A stretch of 64,000 bases of DNA from Thermoplasmata archaeon (GTDB lineage Archaea; Thermoplasmatota; Thermoplasmata; Lutacidiplasmatales; UBA184): the NCBI GenBank assembly GCA_035945215.1, contig DASZAJ010000007.1:136761-200760 (forward strand). The letters are read 5' to 3'. A program made the translations under genes and the position numbers. The notes beneath the pieces are model-generated. The model did no database searches. It had not been told where the DNA came from and worked only from the letters and a program-made list of their open reading frames with translations. Positions 25,532 to 35,152 of the stretch are shown here, piece by piece (the first letter of the stretch is position 1; each line of letters begins with the position of its first letter).

Positions 25532-25552
25532 TTCCTCTCGTGGCCGCGACTC

Positions 25553-26515
25553 ATGTCCGCTGAGCGCCCGCGCGCGCCGGTGGTGGTCACCGGCGGGGCC
25601 GGCGCGATCGGTGCGGTTCTCGTCGATGCCTTGGCGCAGGATGGGACCCCCGTCCGCGTCATCGACAACCTCTCCTCGGGCCGCAAGGAGGCGATCGCGC
25701 GGGCGATGGGGCACGGTTCGGTGACGCTCACCGTCGCCGATCTCCGCTCCACGGGCGCGTACGCGGCGGAGTTCCGGGGGGCGTCCTCGGCCTGGCACCT
25801 GGCCGCCAATCCGGATATCCGGCGGGGCACGGTCGACCCGTCGCTCGATTTCGAGCACGGAACGCTATCGGCCTTCCACTTCCTCGAGGCGGCCCGGAAG
25901 GCCGACGTTCCGGCCGTTTTTTTCTCCTCCTCCAGCGTGGTCTACGGATTCCCGCGCACGTTCCCAACGCCCGAAGAGTACGGCCCGCTCATGCCGGAGT
26001 CGCTCTACGGCGCGTCGAAGCTCGCGTCGGAGGCCATGTTCAGCGCCTATGCCCACTCCTATGGCCTGCGCTCGTACATCTTCCGGTTCGCCAACATCAT
26101 CGGACCCGGGATGACCCACGGCGTGATCTTCGATTTCTTCGAGAAGCTGCGCCGCGACCCGGCCCGCTTGGAGGTTCTGGGCGATGGACGGCAGTCGAAG
26201 AGCTATCTCAGGACGGAAGATTGTGTCGCCGCGATGCGCTTTGTTGGCGAACACGCCCACGAGCGGGTGAACATCTTCAACCTGGGGACCCACGACCGCA
26301 TCCCGGTGCGGGAGATCGCCGAGTTGGTCGTCCAGGCGTGCGGTGGAAAGGCGCGCATCGAATTCACGGGGGGCGAGCGGGGATGGACCGGCGACATTCC
26401 CCAGCAGCTCCTCTCCGTCGAGCGGTTGGGCCACCTGGGCTGGGCGCCCCGTCGCTCCAGCCGCGAGGCGGTGGAACAGACCGTCCGGGAAATGGCCGGT
26501 GGTCGCGGGTACTGA
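25553..26515 (+). CDS. NAD-dependent epimerase/dehydratase (UDP-sugar 4-epimerase family)
   Basis: VVVTGGAGAIGAVLVDAL is the Rossmann motif, and YGASKLASE is the YxxxK catalytic motif. The start is taken at MSAERP downstream of the TATA box. Confidence 0.85.
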   Translation: MSAERPRAPVVVTGGAGAIGAVLVDALAQDGTPVRVIDNLSSGRKEAIARAMGHGSVTLTVADLRSTGAYAAEFRGASSAWHLAANPDIRRGTVDPSLDFEHGTLSAFHFLEAARKADVPAVFFSSSSVVYGFPRTFPTPEEYGPLMPESLYGASKLASEAMFSAYAHSYGLRSYIFRFANIIGPGMTHGVIFDFFEKLRRDPARLEVLGDGRQSKSYLRTEDCVAAMRFVGEHAHERVNIFNLGTHDRIPVREIAELVVQACGGKARIEFTGGERGWTGDIPQQLLSVERLGHLGWAPRRSSREAVEQTVREMAGGRGY

Positions 26516-27611
26516 ACCCTCGCCCGGGCCCGGGGGGCCGGGCCCCTCGGCCGGTTCGGTCAGCGTCATCGTCACGGTTCTGCGGGACCCCCGCGTCGAG
26601 CGGACGCTCGAAAGCCTGCTCCTCCAGACCCGGCCGCCCGCCGAGATCCTGGTCGACGATGGAGGGGTGACCGACACGGTCCGCCAGATCGCCGACCGAT
26701 TCCACCTACGTGACCCCCGGGTCCGCCACCTCGACGCTCCGGGAAACATCGCCGAGAGCCGCAACGCCGCGCTCCAGCAGACCCGGGGGGAGTTCATCGC
26801 CTTCCTCGATGCGGATGAGGTCGCGCCGCCGGACTGGCTCGCGGCCCTCCTCGAGCCGTTCTCCGATCCCTCCGTCGGATTCACCGGCGGACCCACCCCC
26901 GGGGCCCCGGAGACCCTGCGGCACATCGGCGCCCGTTTCTACGATGGATACCTTCGAAGGTTCTACGAACGGGTCGCCCGATTCCACCCGCAGGCGCTGC
27001 CGATGGGGAACACGGCCTGGCGATCCCGCCTGTTCCGCGAGCTCGGGCCCCTCGATAGTTCGCTCGACCGCCAGGCCGCCTCGGAGGATCAGGAGTTCGC
27101 GCTCCGCGCCCTGGCGCGCGGTTGGAAGGGGGTGTTCGTCCCGGGGGGATGGGTGCACCACGACTTCTCCGATCTAGGAACCTGGGCCCTGCTCCGGAAG
27201 CAGCGGATCTATGCGCGCGGGGGATTCGTCGTATGGCGTCGACATCGCAGCACGTACGAAGCCTCCCCCGGCCGACTGTTCCCGTACGTTGCCCTCCCGG
27301 GGTTGGTGGTCATCGGCGCCGGCCTAGTCGCGGTCCCGGCGCTTCGGCTCTGGGGATTCCTCATCGCCGGCGCCGGCGGGCTCGGGCTCGGCCTGTTGGC
27401 CCTCGCCCTGACCGCCTGGGGACTCCGCCAGGACGCCCGATACCCGGGGCTGCGGTTCGCCGCCCTGGAGATCCCGCGACGGTGGGCGACGCTGCTCGGC
27501 GCGCTGCAGGGGCTGATGCGCTACGGCTGGTCGGGTCGCCGGTCGACCAGCGGGGGCGCGTCGAACCCTCCCGTTCGGCGGGCGCCGTCGACCTCGTCCG
27601 GAAAACCTTAA
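26499..27611 (+). CDS. Family 2 glycosyltransferase with C-terminal TM helices
   Basis: VSVIVTVLRDPRVERTLESLLLQT...FLDADEVAPPDWL has the DxD. The C-terminal membrane segment is LVVIGAGLVAVPALRLWGFLIAGAGGLGLGLLALALTAWGL. The start is probably a GTG overlapping the epimerase end, and it is uncertain. Confidence 0.8.
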   Translation: MVAGTEPSPGPGGPGPSAGSVSVIVTVLRDPRVERTLESLLLQTRPPAEILVDDGGVTDTVRQIADRFHLRDPRVRHLDAPGNIAESRNAALQQTRGEFIAFLDADEVAPPDWLAALLEPFSDPSVGFTGGPTPGAPETLRHIGARFYDGYLRRFYERVARFHPQALPMGNTAWRSRLFRELGPLDSSLDRQAASEDQEFALRALARGWKGVFVPGGWVHHDFSDLGTWALLRKQRIYARGGFVVWRRHRSTYEASPGRLFPYVALPGLVVIGAGLVAVPALRLWGFLIAGAGGLGLGLLALALTAWGLRQDARYPGLRFAALEIPRRWATLLGALQGLMRYGWSGRRSTSGGASNPPVRRAPSTSSGKP

Positions 27612-27635
27612 GGGCCGAGGGCGTTCGGCGCGGCG

Positions 27636-28487
27636 ATGCCCCCTTCTTCGGGTGCCGAAGGCACCGCCCTAAAGTCCGGTGACCTGGTGCTGCTCGACTA
27701 CGAGCTGTGGGCCGAGGGGGCCGGGAAGGCCGATCTCGTCGACACGACCCGGGAGGAGGTCGCCCAGAAGGCCAACGTTTCGCTCCCCGAAGGGGCCAAG
27801 CTCGAACCCCGACCGCACCTCGTGGGAGGCGATTACTTCCCCGCCGGGATCGAAGGGGCCCTCGTCGGGGCGAAGGTCGGAACCGTCCTACAGCGCGAAT
27901 TCCCCCCGGGGGAGGCGTTCGGAGAGCGCGATCCGAAGCTCATCGAGCTGTTCAGCATGCACGAGATCTCCCGACTCCCCGAGATGCGCCGGGACGACGC
28001 CGAACTCCAGGTCGGCACGACCCTGACGATCAAAGGTCGGCGCGGCCGGGTCGTCACCTTGACGGCGGCGCGCGTCCGTGTGGACTTCAATCCCCCGTAC
28101 GCGGGACGGAAGATCCGGGCCGAGATGAAACCCATCGAGCGGATCGTCGACACGGTGGAACAGGCGCGGGCCCTCGTGGAGTTGACCTACGGACACGGGA
28201 AGGAGTTCGAGGTGAAGCACCACCAGGGCACCCTGATTTTGCATGTGCCCGACCGGACCAAGTTCGACTTTGCGTGGATGGCCACCAAGCCCAAGCTGAT
28301 CGACCGGCTTCGAACCCAGCTGAAACCGAAGTCGATCCAGATCGTCGAGGAGTACGCCACGCCATCGGCGAAGGCGTCAGCGGGTACGGGCCCGGGCAAG
28401 GGCAGCGAAGCTTCGTCGGGATCCTCGGAAGGGCCCGCCGACCCCGCACCACACGCTTCGGAAACCCCGAGCAAGCCGACCGACTAG
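27636..28487 (+). CDS. FKBP-type peptidyl-prolyl cis-trans isomerase (long archaeal FKBP/SlyD-like)
   Basis: GDLVLLDYELWAEG...HLVGGDYFPAGIEGALVGAKVGT is the FKBP domain plus an IF-domain. It has an Ala/Ser/Gly-rich C-terminal tail. Confidence 0.8.
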   Translation: MPPSSGAEGTALKSGDLVLLDYELWAEGAGKADLVDTTREEVAQKANVSLPEGAKLEPRPHLVGGDYFPAGIEGALVGAKVGTVLQREFPPGEAFGERDPKLIELFSMHEISRLPEMRRDDAELQVGTTLTIKGRRGRVVTLTAARVRVDFNPPYAGRKIRAEMKPIERIVDTVEQARALVELTYGHGKEFEVKHHQGTLILHVPDRTKFDFAWMATKPKLIDRLRTQLKPKSIQIVEEYATPSAKASAGTGPGKGSEASSGSSEGPADPAPHASETPSKPTD

Positions 28488-28957
28488 GGTTCGGTCGCTC
28501 CATGACGCCCCCGCGCGATCCCTGCCTCGGAAGTAGGCGGGAATAGAACTCCACTGGGGCGCTTGGGAAACGTGGGCCACCCGCCGCCCTTGAGGACCCC
28601 GTCGCCGGGGGCCAGCGACGGCTGCGTCCTGAGAGGTGGGGTCCGCGGCGTCCCTCGGGCCGCAGCCGACGGATCGATCGCCTGGGTCCGACGGCGGCCC
28701 CCGCCGGCGCCCAAGGGGACCGTCGGGCGCCGTTCGAGGGGCGACGGGCCGGTCCATACCTCGGCGAGATAAGCTCTGGACCCGTTCCGCCTAGTGGATG
28801 GCCGGGTCGGGGGTCTCTGGGACCAGCGAGGAGGAAGGCAGTCCGTACGCGGGATGGCTGGCCAGCTGCCTACTGATCGCGGTGGTCATCGCCATCGGCG
28901 CGGCGTTGTGGTTCCACTACCACGGCTAGCGCCAGAATCGGGCGCCGACGGCTCGCC

Positions 28958-29500
28958 TCATCCTGGCGCCTCCGATCCATTCCAGCGATACAGATAGACG
29001 TGCCGGGGTCGATCGATCGCGGCCGCGGTCCACCCGGGGATCGGGTGCCAATGGCTAACGATCCTCGTGCCGGGTCGCAATTGCGCTTCAAAGCGGGGAC
29101 GCAGCCGCTCCATCGCGCCGGGCCAAAGGAAACAGGTGACGACGGTCGCCGGGCGCAGATCCACCTCGAACAGGTTGCCCCACCGGATCTCCACCCGCGC
29201 CCGGGGACCTCCAACGGCCCGTCGGACCCGCAAGATGAGCACCCGGAGCGGCTCGACCTCGATCCCTAAGACCTCCGCGCCGCGTTCTCGCGCCGCGCGG
29301 AACAGGATCGCCCCGGTTCCCGCCCCGAGGTCGACGACGCGGTCGGCGGGGCCCACCTCGGCGAATTCGAGCATGCGATCGACGGCCGCCCGGGAAGTCG
29401 GCTGGTAACCGGCGCCGAATAGGAACGAGGCGAAGACGAAGTAGACGACCGACGCCGTTCCGATGACGACGAGGCCGAACAGTTCCCACGAGGGGCTCAT
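28958..29500 (-). CDS. Class I SAM-dependent methyltransferase with an N-terminal TM anchor
   Basis: The internal Met, [28 protein letters not shown], is a TM segment. VVDLGAGTGAILFRAARERGAEVLGIEVEP is SAM-binding motif I. Confidence 0.7.
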   Translation of the reverse strand: MSPSWELFGLVVIGTASVVYFVFASFLFGAGYQPTSRAAVDRMLEFAEVGPADRVVDLGAGTGAILFRAARERGAEVLGIEVEPLRVLILRVRRAVGGPRARVEIRWGNLFEVDLRPATVVTCFLWPGAMERLRPRFEAQLRPGTRIVSHWHPIPGWTAAAIDRPRHVYLYRWNGSEAPG

Positions 29501-30477
29501 CCTCGGCCCCGCGGGCGGGGGCGGATCTGGGCCCGGAGGATGCGTTCGGCCGCGGTGTGCGGGTCGACCTCCCGCGCGACCACCCGGTCGACGAGGCGGA
29601 TGAACTCGGGTTCCTCCCGCAGGAGGCCCCCTACTTCGCGCTCGGTCCGCTCCATCAACAGTCCGAGGATCTCCGCCGAGAGCCGCCGCCGATCGATCTG
29701 CGCGCGGGCCCCCTCCGCATCGAGGAACTGTTCGTGGGCGCCGATGGCCGCCCAGAGCTCGGGGATCCCTCGAAGCTCCCGGGCGGAGGCGACGACGACG
29801 CGGGGCCGCCATGCCGCGCCGACGGGCGCCAGGCCGACCAGCTCCCGAAGGTCCTTGGCGGCGAGGTCCGCCCCGGGCAGGTCGGACTTGTTCACGCAGA
29901 AGACGTCAGCGATCTCGAATAGGCCGGCCTTGAGCGACTGGACCTCGTCGCCCAAATGCGGGACGAGCACGACCACGGAGGTGGACGCCACCTCCCGGAT
30001 CTCCACGTCGACCTGGCCGGAACCGACGGTCTCGACCAGGATGACGTCCATGCCGAACGCGTCGAGGAGTCGGGTGACCTCCAAGGTAGCCGCGGCGATC
30101 CCGCCGAGGTGGCCCCGACTGGCCATCGAGCGGATGAACACCCCCGGATCGCCGGGGGTGCGCTCGATCCGGATCCGGTCGCCCAGCACCGAACCTCCTG
30201 TGAAGGGGCTCGATGGGTCGACCGCGATGACCCCCACCGTCTGGCCCAGGGACCTTAGGTGGGCGAGCAGCGCGTTCAGGAGGGAGGACTTCCCCACGCC
30301 AAGGGGTCCCGCCAGTCCGATCACACGGGCCCGCCCCGTCATCGGATACAGCGCCCGCAGCGTCGCCACCGCGCGGGGGTCCCGGTTCTCCACCGCGCTG
30401 ATGAGCCGGGCCAGCGCCCGGCGGTCCTTCGCGAGGATCCGGCGCGCCGCTAGGGGCAGTGGCACCCGGTTCCTCAT
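29497..30477 (-). CDS. meaB: Methylmalonyl-CoA mutase-associated GTPase MeaB/ArgK (G3E family)
   Basis: [17 protein letters not shown] is a P-loop, with ...VETVGSGQ... and ...VNKSD.... It is adjacent to the MCM B12-binding subunit. Confidence 0.88.
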   Translation of the reverse strand: MRNRVPLPLAARRILAKDRRALARLISAVENRDPRAVATLRALYPMTGRARVIGLAGPLGVGKSSLLNALLAHLRSLGQTVGVIAVDPSSPFTGGSVLGDRIRIERTPGDPGVFIRSMASRGHLGGIAAATLEVTRLLDAFGMDVILVETVGSGQVDVEIREVASTSVVVLVPHLGDEVQSLKAGLFEIADVFCVNKSDLPGADLAAKDLRELVGLAPVGAAWRPRVVVASARELRGIPELWAAIGAHEQFLDAEGARAQIDRRRLSAEILGLLMERTEREVGGLLREEPEFIRLVDRVVAREVDPHTAAERILRAQIRPRPRGRG

Positions 30478-30890
30478 GCCCGATGTCGGGCGATACCCCG
30501 GGCCGTCGACACGATCTCCTGGAGGGACGTGCCCGGCCCGAAGACGGCCTTCAGTCCGATCTTGCGGAGCCGCTTCACATCCTCGTCGGGGATGATCCCG
30601 CCGGCAAAGACCGGAATGTCCATCGCCCGCCGCTTCTTCAACAGCGCCAGCACTCGGGGGAACAGGGCCATGTGCGCCCCGGAGAGAATGGAGAGACCGA
30701 TCAGATCGACGTCCTCCTCGATGGCCGACTCGACGATCTCCTCGGGCGTCTGGCGCAATCCGGCATAGATGACCTCCATCCCCGCGTCCCTCAGGGCCCG
30801 GGCGACGACCTTCGCTCCGCGGTCGTGGCCATCGAGGCCGGGTTTCGCGATCAGTACCCGGACCGGGGCGCCGCGAGCGATCCGCGCCAT
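30474..30890 (-). CDS. Methylmalonyl-CoA mutase small subunit (cobalamin-binding domain)
   Basis: [45 protein letters not shown] has the DxHxxG B12-binding motif. The internal Met start is at 139 aa. The tool ORF extends upstream spuriously. Confidence 0.88.
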   Translation of the reverse strand: MARIARGAPVRVLIAKPGLDGHDRGAKVVARALRDAGMEVIYAGLRQTPEEIVESAIEEDVDLIGLSILSGAHMALFPRVLALLKKRRAMDIPVFAGGIIPDEDVKRLRKIGLKAVFGPGTSLQEIVSTARGIARHRA

Positions 30891-30982
30891 GGAAGTTCCT
30901 TCGGCGAGCGAAGGCGACGGCTTAACGCCTTCCGTGCGCCGGTTGCGGCGTTCGCCACTTCGGGCCGGCCGGTGCGGGGAGT

Positions 30983-31894
30983 TCAGATGTACGCCAGCGC
31001 GTCGAAGATGAGGTTCCCGAACACCGAACCGACGATCGCCCCGGCGAGCAAGAGGACCAAGAAGGGCACCTGCGGGGTCACCCAAACTCGTTGGACTCCT
31101 TGCGCGCGCAGCTCGGACTGCTGTTGGAGGCGCTGGGATCGATCCTCCTCCGCCGTCTCGGCCTCCTCGTCGCTCGACGCGAAGGTGGGATCCTTCAGCC
31201 AAACGAACCGGTCGGGGAGGTCGTCGACGGGGATCCGATACCCGGTGAAGCCCGTCCCGATCGTGAACTCCTTCCGGCGGAGGTTGACGATCGCCAAGGC
31301 GACCGGAACACTGATCGACAGGAGGGCCGCGTTCATGAGCAGCGTGAGCGAGAACGGATACACCGCGAGGATCCCCGTGGCGGTGGGGGGAGCCAGCAGC
31401 CCCGAGGTCGCCTGGAGGGGAAGCACGATCCCGGCGGAGATCAGCGCCTTCGCGTCGGCGCCCCCATAAAGCAGGCGCGCCTCGAACAGACCCCGCCCGA
31501 GGAGGATGCTCGCGAACGCCGCGATCACCGGCAGCGGAAGGCCCGTCGAGCCGACGCCGCTGCGAACTCCGATCACGCCCAGGTACGTCCCCACCGCCAG
31601 GAACCCCACGATCTCGATGTACCCAGGGGCCCGGTCGTCCCAGCGTTCGATCGCGAGGTCCCACGGGTAAAGGTGCTCGAGCGCGAGCGCGGAAACCGCC
31701 GCCCAGGTAAGCAGCGCGGTCGTTCCCTCGGGCGCGAGCAGAACTGCGCCGAGGAAAACGCCCACGGCTCCCAACGCCTGCCAGAGGTGATCGGAAACCT
31801 CTCGATACCTCCAGTCGTAGTAGGCAGCGACCCCGAACCCGACGAGGAGGACCGCGGTCTCCCCCATCATCGTCTCGGAAGGCCCCAGCCCCAT
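30983..31894 (-). CDS. A24-family archaeal prepilin/preflagellin peptidase (FlaK/PibD-like), with a C-terminal extra domain
   Basis: A polytopic membrane protein. Two conserved Asp are in [11 protein letters not shown] and [10 protein letters not shown] (a GxGD-like motif). The C-terminal ~100 aa is soluble plus a final TM. Confidence 0.75.
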   Translation of the reverse strand: MGLGPSETMMGETAVLLVGFGVAAYYDWRYREVSDHLWQALGAVGVFLGAVLLAPEGTTALLTWAAVSALALEHLYPWDLAIERWDDRAPGYIEIVGFLAVGTYLGVIGVRSGVGSTGLPLPVIAAFASILLGRGLFEARLLYGGADAKALISAGIVLPLQATSGLLAPPTATGILAVYPFSLTLLMNAALLSISVPVALAIVNLRRKEFTIGTGFTGYRIPVDDLPDRFVWLKDPTFASSDEEAETAEEDRSQRLQQQSELRAQGVQRVWVTPQVPFLVLLLAGAIVGSVFGNLIFDALAYI

Positions 31895-32017
31895 CCGTTC
31901 GCGACCTTCCCGGCCGGTTCATGGCGGGTTCCCCCCCATAAGACCGAGGTCGTGCGCGCACGGAGCGAAGTCCGCCCAGACCGGAGATCGCGCCGCCCCG
32001 CCGCCCTCTTTCCAATG

Positions 32018-32392
32018 TCACGCCGACCGGCCGGGCAGCGTTCGCAAGGCTTTGCGAAGCGCCACCAGGGCCAGCGACGGCGCCGGCGGATCGCTCGGGT
32101 GGGACCCGGGGGGCGCCCCGGGCGCCGACCGCAGGTCCGGACCGTCAAGGCGGCGGCGCGACGCTCGGGCGACCTCGGTCAATATCTCCCCTTCCCGGCA
32201 GTAGGAAACACCCCTAGTAAGGCACGAGCGGCAGTCTCCTAGGTGCCGATCCCCTTCGAGGAAGGCGACCGAGAAACGCCGCTGGGCATTCTCTCGCCGT
32301 CGTTCGGCCAGCAGGTCTCTCCAGGTCGGAGGATTCCGGGCCGCGGTTTCGGGAAGCGCCATCGCGAACGGGGGCCGATCTCGCTGCGTCAT
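32018..32392 (-). CDS. Hypothetical protein
   Basis: A 124-aa ORF starts at an ATG directly abutting an AT-rich promoter island. There is no family match and a Pro/Arg-rich C-terminus. It may be spurious. Confidence 0.3.
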   Translation of the reverse strand: MTQRDRPPFAMALPETAARNPPTWRDLLAERRRENAQRRFSVAFLEGDRHLGDCRSCLTRGVSYCREGEILTEVARASRRRLDGPDLRSAPGAPPGSHPSDPPAPSLALVALRKALRTLPGRSA

Positions 32393-32450
32393 TGGCCTAT
32401 AGATAGTTAGAACAGAATATATAGAAATGGCACACGCAATATATTGTTGC
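32393..32450. promoter_or_regulatory. AT-rich island (divergent promoter region) with two TATA-like elements
   Basis: atagatagttagaacagaatatatagaaatggcacacgcaatatattg is below 30% GC in a ~70% GC genome. It lies between the divergent hypothetical gene and the rps6e region. Confidence 0.55.
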
Positions 32451-32591
32451 TCGGGTGTCGACGGCCCGCCTAGCTTGCCCGATCGGATCCGACCGGAGCG
32501 TCCACTTCGGGAGCCGGATAGGCGGCCCCGGGTGGCGGGGGAGCCCGGAGGGCCCAGTTTCCCTCCACTCCCGACGGTGCGCCTCGGCAAG

Positions 32592-32601
32592 CTATTTAAA
32601 C
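32592..32601 (+). promoter_or_regulatory. TATA box (ctatttaaac) about 34 nt upstream of the rps6e ATG
   Basis: An AT-rich element at canonical archaeal spacing from the S6e start codon. Confidence 0.55.
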
Positions 32602-32634
32602 GAACTCAAACTGGCGCGCGGCTGGTCCCCCTTC

Positions 32635-33012
32635 ATGGTGGAGTTCAAGCTCGTGATCGCCGATGCGGCGACCTCGTACGCCCGGACCGTCAGCGATCCG
32701 CAATCCGCCGGTTTCCTCGGCAAGAGGATCGGGGAGACGATCGGCGGGGAACTCGTGGGCCTCAGCGGGTACACCTTCCGGATTTCGGGGGGGACGGACA
32801 AGAGCGGCTTCGCGCTTCGGCCCGAGATCCCCGGGGCCCGACAGGTCCGGGTCTTCGTCGGAGAAGGGTTCGGATTTCATGCGCCGCGCCGGGGGATGCG
32901 GCGCCGAAGGACCTTCCGGGGAAGCGCCGTGAGCGAGGAGACCGTACAGATCAACTTGGTCGTGGAAAAGAGGGGCCAGAAGCCTCTCGCGGAGTCCCCC
33001 GCCCCGACATGA
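32635..33012 (+). CDS. rps6e: 30S ribosomal protein S6e (eS6)
   Basis: MVEFKLVIADAATSYARTVSDPQSAGFLGKRIGETIGGELVGLSGYTFRISGGTDKSGFALRPEI is archaeal S6e. The tool ORF starts further upstream at a GTG, but the internal ATG matches the family N-terminus. Confidence 0.9.
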   Translation: MVEFKLVIADAATSYARTVSDPQSAGFLGKRIGETIGGELVGLSGYTFRISGGTDKSGFALRPEIPGARQVRVFVGEGFGFHAPRRGMRRRRTFRGSAVSEETVQINLVVEKRGQKPLAESPAPT

Positions 33013-34241
33013 AGGTCCCTCGTCAGCCCGAGGTTAACATCGGGCTGGTCGGGCACGTCGACCACGGGAAGACGACGCTCACCCAGGCGCTGACGGGCGA
33101 GTGGACCGACCGGCACTCCGAGGAGCTCCGTCGGGGGATCTCGATCAAGCTCGGCTACGCCGATGCGGCGTTCTACCGGTGTCCCGGCCTCGGCGAACCC
33201 GAGTGCTTTCGGACCGAGCCGGCCTGTCCCGAGGGCGCCGAGGCGAAATTCCTCCGGGCCGTCTCCTTCGTCGACGCGCCGGGCCATGAAACGCTGATGG
33301 CCACGATGCTTTCGGGCGCGGCGATCATGGATGGGGCCCTGCTCCTCGTCGCCGGCAACGAAAAGGTCCCGCAGCCGCAGACCCAGGAGCACCTCTACGC
33401 GCTCGATATCATCGGCGTTCGCAAGGTGGTCGTCGTTCAGAACAAGATCGATCTGGTCAGCCCCGAGAAGGCGGAGGAGAACTATCGTCAGATCGTCGAA
33501 TTCCTCCAGGGCTCCCCGATCGCCTCCGCTCCGATCGTTCCGGTCTCCGCCAACCACCGGGTCAACATCGACGCGCTCATCGCCACGATCCAGGAGACGA
33601 TCCCGACCCCCCAACGTGACGCGACCAAGCCCCCCCTCATGTACATCGCCCGATCCTTTGACGTGAACCGGCCCGGGATCCCCGGCGGCAAACTTCGCGG
33701 AGGGGTCCTCGGCGGATCCCTTGTGCAGGGCAGCCTCAAGGTGGGCGACGAGATCGAGATCCGACCGGGCCATGTCGGCCTCACCGACGGTCGGGCCGAA
33801 GCCCTCCAGACCCGCGTCGCGGCCCTGATCTCGGGGGGCCAGGAGATCGACGTACTGCAGCCCGGCGGCCTGGCGGCGATCGGAACTACGCTCGACCCGG
33901 CGCTGACCAAGGCGGATGGCCTCACCGGCCGCCTGGTGGGGACTCCCGGCACGCTCCCGCCGGTGAGCCAGAAGATCCGGATCAAGGCGACGCTGCTCGA
34001 CCGGGTCCTCGGGGTCCAACGGGAGACGAAGGTGGAGAAGATCCGGACGAGCGAGATGCTCGCCGTCACGATCGGCACCACCGTGGCGGCCGGGAAGGTC
34101 ACCAGCGCCCGGGGCGATGAGGTCGAGCTGACCCTCAACCGGCCGGTCACGGTTTTCCCGGGGAGTCGCGTTGCGATCTCGCGCAAGCTGACCGCCTGGC
34201 GATTGATCGGCTACGGCCTGGTCGAGGGGAGCGGGAAGTGA
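33009..34241 (+). CDS. eif2g: Translation initiation factor aIF2 gamma subunit
   Basis: NIGLVGHVDHGKTTLTQALTG is the G1 motif. FVDAPGHE and VVQNKIDL are further GTPase motifs. It has a zinc-ribbon-like insertion with three Cys. It overlaps the S6e stop (ATGA), and the S6e-aIF2gamma pairing is conserved. Confidence 0.92.
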   Translation: MKVPRQPEVNIGLVGHVDHGKTTLTQALTGEWTDRHSEELRRGISIKLGYADAAFYRCPGLGEPECFRTEPACPEGAEAKFLRAVSFVDAPGHETLMATMLSGAAIMDGALLLVAGNEKVPQPQTQEHLYALDIIGVRKVVVVQNKIDLVSPEKAEENYRQIVEFLQGSPIASAPIVPVSANHRVNIDALIATIQETIPTPQRDATKPPLMYIARSFDVNRPGIPGGKLRGGVLGGSLVQGSLKVGDEIEIRPGHVGLTDGRAEALQTRVAALISGGQEIDVLQPGGLAAIGTTLDPALTKADGLTGRLVGTPGTLPPVSQKIRIKATLLDRVLGVQRETKVEKIRTSEMLAVTIGTTVAAGKVTSARGDEVELTLNRPVTVFPGSRVAISRKLTAWRLIGYGLVEGSGK

Positions 34242-34420
34242 AGGCGGAGCTCATGGAGATCCTCTGCTGCCCGATGTGCCGGGGGCCGCTCGCCCTGACC
34301 GTCCAGTCGCAATCGCAACGGGAGATCGAACGGGGCAATCTGCGCTGCGCCGCCTGCCGACTGGACTACCCGATCGAAGACGGCATTCCGAACCTGCTCC
34401 CACCCGACGAGCGCGACTAG
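34238..34420 (+). CDS. Trm112-like zinc-ribbon protein
   Basis: A 60-aa protein, MEILCCPMCRGPLAL...LRCAACRLDYPIEDGIPNLLP, is the Trm112p/DUF343 signature. Confidence 0.75.
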   Translation: MKAELMEILCCPMCRGPLALTVQSQSQREIERGNLRCAACRLDYPIEDGIPNLLPPDERD

Positions 34421-34445
34421 CTCAGAATCGTCGGGGACCCGTCGC

Positions 34446-35072
34446 TCACGCCGGGTCCAGAATCGCCCGGCAGGGCCCGCCGTCGCCCCCCTGGATCCGC
34501 AGCGGGAGGCATCGCAGAATATAGTCCGGGCGGACCACTTCCGAGAGGAGCAATCCTTCCAGCAGCACGATCCCCGCCCCGAGCAGGGCCCGGTGGACGG
34601 GGAAGGAGACGGTCGGGTCCGACTCCACCGAGAGGGCATCGATCCCCACCAGGCGCACTCGTCGTTCGATCAGCTCGCGAGCCGCCGGCGGGGAGAGATC
34701 GACGAAATCGGGAAAGAAACCCTCTCCCCGGGCCCATCGGGCCGAGTTCGACGTCTGGAACAGCACCCGATCGGTCCCTTCGGGGATCGCGGTGAGATCC
34801 GAGGGAAAGATCGACGACTGGCCCTCGGGTACCCGGACGACGCGGCACGGACCGTTCAGGGCGGCGAGATCGATCTGATCGAGATTCGCGCGCCCGGGCA
34901 AGAAATGGCTGGGCGGATCGACGTGGGTCCCGCTGTGGGTCCCCATCTCGAGGACCGAGACGTTGAACTGGGCCCCCCGGGCGGTCGAATAGACCGACTC
35001 GATCCGGATCGGCGGGTCGCCGGGATAGCTCGGCGTCGACGGCCCCAACGGCATCGAGATATCGATCGCCAC
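34446..35072 (-). CDS. Putative cyclase family protein (kynurenine formamidase-like)
   Basis: MGTHSGTHVDPPSHF is the HxGTHxDxPxH metal-binding motif of the cyclase family. Confidence 0.75.
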   Translation of the reverse strand: MAIDISMPLGPSTPSYPGDPPIRIESVYSTARGAQFNVSVLEMGTHSGTHVDPPSHFLPGRANLDQIDLAALNGPCRVVRVPEGQSSIFPSDLTAIPEGTDRVLFQTSNSARWARGEGFFPDFVDLSPPAARELIERRVRLVGIDALSVESDPTVSFPVHRALLGAGIVLLEGLLLSEVVRPDYILRCLPLRIQGGDGGPCRAILDPA

Positions 35073-35152
35073 CTTCGGCCTCCCTGCCCCGCCCGCGCTG
35101 CGGCCGGAGGTGGGACCCGCACCCGTAAAGTCTCTCCGGGGGTCGGACGACT

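Noticed and set aside
30891-32021. A tool ORF extending the MCM small subunit upstream through the prepilin peptidase gene to 515 aa.
   Set aside because: The upstream portion is Arg/Gly/Pro-rich and lies in another frame relative to the well-supported A24 peptidase. The B12-binding domain begins at the internal Met ([18 protein letters not shown]).
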